A stretch of DNA of 64,000 nt from Burkholderiales bacterium (lineage in GTDB: Bacteria; Pseudomonadota; Gammaproteobacteria; Burkholderiales; Burkholderiaceae_C). The DNA lies in assembly GCA_030603635.1 (NCBI GenBank), contig JAUVXK010000001.1, positions 4,408-68,407 on the forward strand. Reading direction: 5' to 3'. Numbering within the stretch: position 1 is the first letter of the stretch; every line of letters starts with the position of its first letter. Made by a program: the position numbers and the translations under genes. Under the pieces are notes generated by a model, which was not told the origin of the DNA, did not search any database, and worked only from the letters and a program-made list of their open reading frames with translations. Positions 58,439-64,000 of this stretch are shown in pieces.

Positions 58439-61400
58439 GGGGGACTCACTCCTGGTGAAGAGGGGGTATCGGCCGGGCTGGCCATTCCATGGCCTATGTT
58501 ACGACGTGCCACGCGCTCAACCAGTGGATCGTTCCATGGACCGGTGATGCGAAACTGGCGGGTGGCCGCTTCCTGCAACGGCTGGCGCAAGAGAAACTGC
58601 GCCAGAAAGGTGCCCAGCCCGGTGACCGGGCTGATGACTGAGGCCACCAGCGAGGCGGTGCCGGCGTTGAGTTCGGGGATCACCACGGCGGTGATGTCCT
58701 GGGTTTCTCGCACGATGTCGGCCTGCCCTTCCATCAGCACGGCGGCGCTGACGCCCTTCATCTGCAGGTTGTTGGTGTGGGCGACGCCCTCGGCGATGCG
58801 GGCGTTGCCGCGTACAAAGTCGAACGCAAAACCTTCGCTGAAGACGTCCCGGAAGTCCAGCGCGAGCCGGCGCGGCAACGACTGCAGGCTCAGCACCCCG
58901 AGCAGCTTGGCAATGCCAGGATCGGCCCGCAGGAACTGCCCTCGTTCCAGGTCGATGCTGAGTCCGCCGCCCAGCGTCGGGGCATGGAAAGACAGGGGCG
59001 ACCCCATCCAGCCGATGTGGCCCTCAATCCGGCCTTTGCCACCCCGCACCACGTCGGGCATGCCGAAACGGCCCAGCAACAGGCCGGCGTCGTCGATGTC
59101 GAGTTCGATGCGCAGCGCCGTGCGGCGCGGCCCGGCCGGATCGCCGGCACTGGCGGCCCAGTTGCCGCTGGCGCGCAGACGCGCCTCCGGCACCGCCAGA
59201 TTGAGGGTGTTCAGCCGCCATTCCCGCACCCGCTCCCTCGCGGCGAGCACGGCCTGACGGTTGACGGCCTGGATCTCCAGACGCCCCAGGTCGCGACCCC
59301 CCATGCGAAAACGGTCCACGACGAGATCGATCGCCGGGATCGCTTCGGGCTGGGCCTGCAGCAGGTTCTCCACCTCGGTCGCCCCCTGGGAGGAGAGGTC
59401 CAGACGCGAGAGGCGGGCTCGCAGCTGACCCGGCAATTGAGGGGCGTTGGGACGGTATTCCACATGGCCGGCAAGCTCATTGGCCTCGACGGAGAAACGC
59501 CATTGCTCACGCTCGCGTGTGCCGTTGGCCACCACATTCTGGAACACCCGACCCGCCTGCTCGATGCGGCGCGCGGTCAGGCCGAACTGCGTGGGCCAGT
59601 AGGCCTGGCTGTCCTGCAGTCCGGGGGCACCCGTCCCCCCTCCGGCGCTCGACCAGACACGCTCCCAGGCCGCGGCATCGAAATCGGCCAGATCGACCTG
59701 CGCCCGCACGCCCTGGGAAGGCAAGGCGGGGCGTTCGCTGCGCACCGCCACACTGCCACGCAACACCCTCAGCGCCGGCCCGGCCCATTCGCGCTGATAG
59801 TGCAGGCCCAGCAGCGGCCGGGTACCGGCTCCGAGCTCGAAGCGCAGCTCATCGCGCTCAATGCCGGGAGGCACATCGGCCACGGGTTGCACGAGCAGGC
59901 GCAAGGGCAGGATCGCACCGGCCGCCTTGTCGAACGGTGCAGGCAGATCGAGTGCGAGCCCCTGCAGACCCGACTCGATGCGAATGGCCGTGCCTTGGGG
60001 GCCGAACGCCAGTTCGATGTCGTAGCCTGTCTGCCCGCTTGCCACGCGTCCGAGCGGGGCGAGCCAGGGCCAGTGATCCTGGCGACCCAGGGCCTCGGCC
60101 GTGACCTGACCCTGACCGCGGAACACGACCCGGGCGCGGGCCCCCTCGTCGAGCAGTCGGCCGGAGAAGCGCACCGGCCCTCCGAGCAGCCGGGCGGAGG
60201 CCGAAGACACCTCGAAACCCGACTCGGTGAACTGCAGCGATGCCTGGACGCCTTGAAGGCGGGGGGTGTCGGGGGTGATCTGCAGGTCGTTGCCGGCAAG
60301 CCGGACCTGTCCCCGCACCCGTGTCGCGTCCATGTCCTCCAGTGGCAGGGTCAGTTCCAGCCCCAGTTCGACCGACCCCGTGGCGCGTGCGGCCACGAGG
60401 GATCCGGCGACCATGCCCCGCACGGGAGACCGGTTCACGAAGGCCAGGGCGTCCTGGGCCGGCCCGCGCACCACCCCGCGCACATTCAGCAACGGCTCGT
60501 CAGCCGCAAAGTCCACGATCTCTGCCCGGGCATCTGCCACCCGGATCTGCGGCCAGGCCTGGGCGCCGGCACGCGCCTCTTCGATCACGAGCCGGGTGCG
60601 GTCGATGTGCAGCCGGGCCTGCTCGACCCGCAGGCCCGGCCAGCCGAGACTGTCGGCTGGCAACAGGTAGATTGGGGCGTAGTCGAACACCACGTCGTTC
60701 AACTGGGCCGTGACTTCGAACGCGCCGGTGCCGGCGACATCGAACGGAAAATCCCACAGGTCGCCGCGGACCCGGAAACGCCCGTCATGGGCTCGTCCTT
60801 CGCGTATCGCCGTCTGGAGGTAACGCCGCACGGTGGCCGGAATGGTTTGCGGTAGGTAGCGGTGAACGCGCGCGCCATCGGCCCGGTGGACACGCGCGTC
60901 CAGGTCCAGAACCCCGGGAAACCGGGACTGCGCCGGACTGACGGCGGGATCGGCGGTGTGCCACTTGAGCCGAATTTCGGCGTCGACATCGCGGTTGGCC
61001 AGTTGCAGGCGGGGGATGTCCACCGCGATCCGTTCACCGTCCACGGTCCAGGTCAGGCCGGCTGTCAGGCGATCGACCTCCAGACGGGGTTGCTCGAACA
61101 GGCCGGGAAACTCCAGATGCCCTTGCTGCAGAACGAGGTCGGCCTGTCCACCTGCGGGCGTCACGCGAAAGGCAATATCCGCACCGCTCACACCCGGTCG
61201 ACCCAGCTCGGCCCCGATAACGGCTCCGGCCGCGAGACCCAGTCCGCGCAGGCGACCCTCGGCCTCCCAGGTGGCGGGCCGCTGAGGGGTGGCGGCGGTC
61301 CAATCCAAACGGAAGGTCTCCGCCAGGCCACGAGGGGCGGTGCGTTCCAGCCACGGGCCGACTTCGGCGGACAAGGGCAGATGCTGCGCGAGTTGCCGCA

Positions 61401-62535
61401 AGGCCGCCACGTCGAGCTGCTCACCCGACAGTTCGAAGCTCGCCAGCGCGCCCGATGGATCCTGCACCTGTTCGTAGCGGATGTTGCCGCCAGGCCATCG
61501 CACCCCTTCGCCGGTCACGAAAGCCAGGTGCTGCGTGCCCAGGCGAGTGGTGGCACCTCGCCGTTGCAGATCCAGCCGGGTGCGGAGCTCTTCCACGGCC
61601 AGCGGGCCTTCGGCCCCTTCCCACTGGAGCGCCACCTGCCCCAGTGCCAGATCGGTGGTGACCTGCTGCACCACGCCGCGCTGCCAGTCCAGCCACAGCC
61701 TGGCTCCACCCGCGCCACGCAACAGGTCCACCCCGAAGGCGGCACGGGTATCCACATAGGCCCCGAGCCCCTGCATGTCCACCCACGGCAGCTCGGCATA
61801 AAGCACGCCGGTCCAGTCGCGCACCTGCCCAGCCCGCGTCTGCCACACCGGTCGGCTGAAGCGCCCCTGCACCTGCAGTCGCCGTCCCCAGGCCTCAGGT
61901 GGCGTCGCGTCCAGCCGGAACTGGTGCTGCCAGGCCGCGTGGCGACTCACGAAATCGATCCCTTCCAGCTCGAGCGGGGGAGCGTCCGGACGGCGGTCGT
62001 CGGTCCAACGCAACGTGCCTTCCAGGATGGCGAATTCCGCCTGGGAGAAGAACCAGTCGGCCAGCCGGCCACCCCCCCCTTCGGGGCTGCCCCCCAGGTC
62101 CATGCCGCCCAGAAGCAGGCGGCCATCGGCCGTGCGCCGGATGTCGAGCACCGGACGTTCGATGACCAGCTGATCGAAACCCATTCGCCACAGGGAGCGC
62201 ACGGACAGCGCGGCCCGGACCTCGGCCAGCCGCAAGGCCTCCCGTCCATCGGCATCGCGCAGCACCACGTCCTGCAGCTGCAGGCCCGGCACCGGACCAC
62301 TGGACGTCGCCTTGACGGCCCCGATGGTCACGGGGACCCCCATGGCACGTGAGGCCAAACGTTCCAGGGCCGGGCGCCACTCCCCGACTCGCGGCACAAT
62401 GAGCAGATGCAAAGCCCCCCAGCTCAGCGCAAACAGCAGCCATGCGGTGAACACCAGCCAGAGCAAGGCCCTGGCCAGTCCGGCCCAGACACGCAGCAGT
62501 CGCGCGGGCGGGGGGATCACACGAGTATCGAGCAC
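58435..62535 (-). CDS. yhdP: YhdP-family (AsmA-like, TIGR02099-type) large envelope-spanning protein
   Basis: 1366 aa. N-terminal TM anchor ARALLWLVFTAWLLFALSWGALHLL. Long beta-rich body. C-terminal LSLQSLPRRLALDFRDVFSEGFAFD...RITGPWNDP, typical of the family. GTG start. Confidence 0.82.
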   Translation of the reverse strand: MLDTRVIPPPARLLRVWAGLARALLWLVFTAWLLFALSWGALHLLIVPRVGEWRPALERLASRAMGVPVTIGAVKATSSGPVPGLQLQDVVLRDADGREALRLAEVRAALSVRSLWRMGFDQLVIERPVLDIRRTADGRLLLGGMDLGGSPEGGGGRLADWFFSQAEFAILEGTLRWTDDRRPDAPPLELEGIDFVSRHAAWQHQFRLDATPPEAWGRRLQVQGRFSRPVWQTRAGQVRDWTGVLYAELPWVDMQGLGAYVDTRAAFGVDLLRGAGGARLWLDWQRGVVQQVTTDLALGQVALQWEGAEGPLAVEELRTRLDLQRRGATTRLGTQHLAFVTGEGVRWPGGNIRYEQVQDPSGALASFELSGEQLDVAALRQLAQHLPLSAEVGPWLERTAPRGLAETFRLDWTAATPQRPATWEAEGRLRGLGLAAGAVIGAELGRPGVSGADIAFRVTPAGGQADLVLQQGHLEFPGLFEQPRLEVDRLTAGLTWTVDGERIAVDIPRLQLANRDVDAEIRLKWHTADPAVSPAQSRFPGVLDLDARVHRADGARVHRYLPQTIPATVRRYLQTAIREGRAHDGRFRVRGDLWDFPFDVAGTGAFEVTAQLNDVVFDYAPIYLLPADSLGWPGLRVEQARLHIDRTRLVIEEARAGAQAWPQIRVADARAEIVDFAADEPLLNVRGVVRGPAQDALAFVNRSPVRGMVAGSLVAARATGSVELGLELTLPLEDMDATRVRGQVRLAGNDLQITPDTPRLQGVQASLQFTESGFEVSSASARLLGGPVRFSGRLLDEGARARVVFRGQGQVTAEALGRQDHWPWLAPLGRVASGQTGYDIELAFGPQGTAIRIESGLQGLALDLPAPFDKAAGAILPLRLLVQPVADVPPGIERDELRFELGAGTRPLLGLHYQREWAGPALRVLRGSVAVRSERPALPSQGVRAQVDLADFDAAAWERVWSSAGGGTGAPGLQDSQAYWPTQFGLTARRIEQAGRVFQNVVANGTREREQWRFSVEANELAGHVEYRPNAPQLPGQLRARLSRLDLSSQGATEVENLLQAQPEAIPAIDLVVDRFRMGGRDLGRLEIQAVNRQAVLAARERVREWRLNTLNLAVPEARLRASGNWAASAGDPAGPRRTALRIELDIDDAGLLLGRFGMPDVVRGGKGRIEGHIGWMGSPLSFHAPTLGGGLSIDLERGQFLRADPGIAKLLGVLSLQSLPRRLALDFRDVFSEGFAFDFVRGNARIAEGVAHTNNLQMKGVSAAVLMEGQADIVRETQDITAVVIPELNAGTASLVASVISPVTGLGTFLAQFLLRQPLQEAATRQFRITGPWNDPLVERVARRNIGHGMASPADTPSSPGVSPP

Positions 62536-62543
62536 GCGAAATT

Positions 62544-64000
62544 ATGACGGCCAGCGCCCCGGCAGGTTCAGCCCACCCGGTTCAATTTGTATCGAAACAT
62601 GTCGATGCCGCGTTCCATTCCCGATTCGTCCAGCGGGTACGCCGACGCTACGACGCCGAGCTGACCGCGCTGCCGCCCGGCGCGCCCAACGCCCTTTCAC
62701 TGCGGCAGGCTCTGGACACCCTGCGCGGTCGAGGCTTGGACCTGGGCGCCGCGCTGCGGGTGCTGCGCCACCTGGTGCTGGAGCGACTGGCCGTCCTCGA
62801 CACCGAATACGAAGCCCCCCTGGACGTGGTGACCGGTGCCGTCACCGCCCTGGCCGAGCTGGCGCTGGACGAGGCTCTGGCGCAGGCGCTGCGCGAGCTC
62901 GACGAACTGCATGGCGCCCCCGAGTACGCCGATCCGGCCGTCCCGGCCGCGCAGGGCCCGGTCCTGCGACGGGCGGAGCTCTGGGTCATCGGCATGGGCA
63001 AGTTCGGGGCGCGTGAGCTCAACGTCTCAAGCGACATCGACCTGATCTACGTCTACGACCACGACGGCGAAACCGCCGGCAATGCCCTGGGGCGCAACCG
63101 GATCAGCAACCACGAGTATTTTGGCAAGGCCGTCAAGCGGGTGTATGGGCTGATCGGGGACACCACCGAACATGGCCAGGTGTTCCGGGTGGATCTGGCG
63201 TTGCGACCCAACGGCAATTCAGGGCCACCGGCCGTATCCCTGGGGGCCCTGGAGGAGTATTTCCTCGTCCAGGGCCGGGAATGGGAGCGTTTCGCCTGGC
63301 TCAAGAGCCGCGTCGTTGCCCCACGCGAAGCGATCGGGGGTGGAAGTGCCACTGCCTTGCGCGGTGTGGTACTGCCCTTCGTGTTTCGCCGCTACCTGGA
63401 CTACAACGTGTTCGAGTCGCTGCGCCTGCTGCACCGGCAGATCCGTGAACACGCTGCCAAGCGGGCGGCGGGGCACCCCGAACGGGCGCACGACGTCAAG
63501 CTGTCGCGCGGCGGCATCCGGGAGATTGAATTCACCGTGCAGCTGCTCCAGGTGGTGCGCGGAGGTCAGTTCCCCGAACTGCGTACCCGCCCCACGCTGG
63601 CCGCGCTGCCCCGGCTCGAACGTGCAGGCCTGATGCCGGCCGAAAAAGCCCGGGCCCTGGCCGATGCCTATGCCTTCCTGCGTCGGGTAGAGCACCGCAT
63701 CCAGTACCTGGACGACCAGCAGACCCACATCCTGCCCACCCGCGACGACGACCTGGCCTGGATCGCCCAGACCATGGGTTTTGCCGACACCTGCGCTTTT
63801 CTGCATGCGCTGGACGCGCACCGCGAAGCCGTGGCCCAGGAATTCGACACCCTGCTGGGTGCCTCCGGTGGCCAGTGCAACGGCAAGGGTTGTCAGGGCC
63901 GACGCAGCGCGGTGGAGGACTTGCAGTCGGTGATGGCGCATCTGCCGCCTGCCTACGCCGCCAAGGTGGCCGAATGGTGCGAGCACCCGCGGGTGCTGGC
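62544..64000 (+). CDS. glnE: bifunctional glutamine synthetase adenylyltransferase/adenylyl-removing enzyme, N-terminal part (runs off the window)
   Basis: Absent from the ORF track (no stop in window). My translation from ATG 62544: MTASAPAGSAHPVQFVSKHVDAAFHSRFVQRVRRRYDAELTALPPG...AELWVIGMGKFGARELNVSSDIDLIYVYDHDGETAG...FRVDLALRPNG. Confidence 0.9.
   Translation, partial: MTASAPAGSAHPVQFVSKHVDAAFHSRFVQRVRRRYDAELTALPPGAPNALSLRQALDTLRGRGLDLGAALRVLRHLVLERLAVLDTEYEAPLDVVTGAVTALAELALDEALAQALRELDELHGAPEYADPAVPAAQGPVLRRAELWVIGMGKFGARELNVSSDIDLIYVYDHDGETAGNALGRNRISNHEYFGKAVKRVYGLIGDTTEHGQVFRVDLALRPNGNSGPPAVSLGALEEYFLVQGREWERFAWLKSRVVAPREAIGGGSATALRGVVLPFVFRRYLDYNVFESLRLLHRQIREHAAKRAAGHPERAHDVKLSRGGIREIEFTVQLLQVVRGGQFPELRTRPTLAALPRLERAGLMPAEKARALADAYAFLRRVEHRIQYLDDQQTHILPTRDDDLAWIAQTMGFADTCAFLHALDAHREAVAQEFDTLLGASGGQCNGKGCQGRRSAVEDLQSVMAHLPPAYAAKVAEWCEHPRVL

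Overview
High-GC (about 70% by hand counts) chromosomal segment. Gene content and order point to a betaproteobacterium of the Burkholderiales/Comamonadaceae type: two orphan Bug/TctC receptors, lptD-surA-rsmA, tsaB-rimI-udg, and glnE divergent from yhdP. All protein calls come from reading the supplied translations and my own translation of the sequence, using motifs recalled from memory. No database search was run.

The window is gene-dense, with about 60 CDS. I found no rRNA, tRNA, CRISPR array, intact integrase or transposase.

Core content:
- Ectoine genes ectA and ectB (ectB partial)
- NADP-malic enzyme and an orphan barstar-like gene
- lptD-surA-rsmA, an AmgK-like kinase, rsmE, yaeQ and a NudJ-like NUDIX hydrolase
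- pntAA-pntAB-pntB transhydrogenase, mnmA and arfB
- Carboxy(nor)spermidine dehydrogenase and decarboxylase, and proA
- A CHASE4-PAS-GGDEF-EAL protein
- A MarR-controlled 3-hydroxybenzoate/gentisate cluster
- dacB and tsaB-rimI-udg
- A dipeptide-type ABC transporter, pfk and mltA
- A yhdP-nitrilase-histidine kinase-response regulator string, and glnE (partial)

I did not find a convincing new multi-gene system such as a defence system. The observations most worth follow-up are:
1. A roughly 6.8 kb low-GC block (18.9-25.7 kb). It encodes a self-contained CoA-dependent organic-acid module: ligase, double-hotdog hydratase, family III CoA-transferase, TctC receptor, PaaI thioesterase and an IclR regulator. 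A 16-bp palindrome is present twice, once at the operon promoter and once at the regulator gene.
2. A stand-alone degenerate GGDEF protein at the end of the gentisate operon. It has lost the GGDEF motif but keeps an RxxD I-site, and the operon lacks a maleylpyruvate isomerase.
3. Tight translational coupling of a two-component system to yhdP and a nitrilase-family gene.
4. Several small ORFs, structured intergenic elements and candidate operators.
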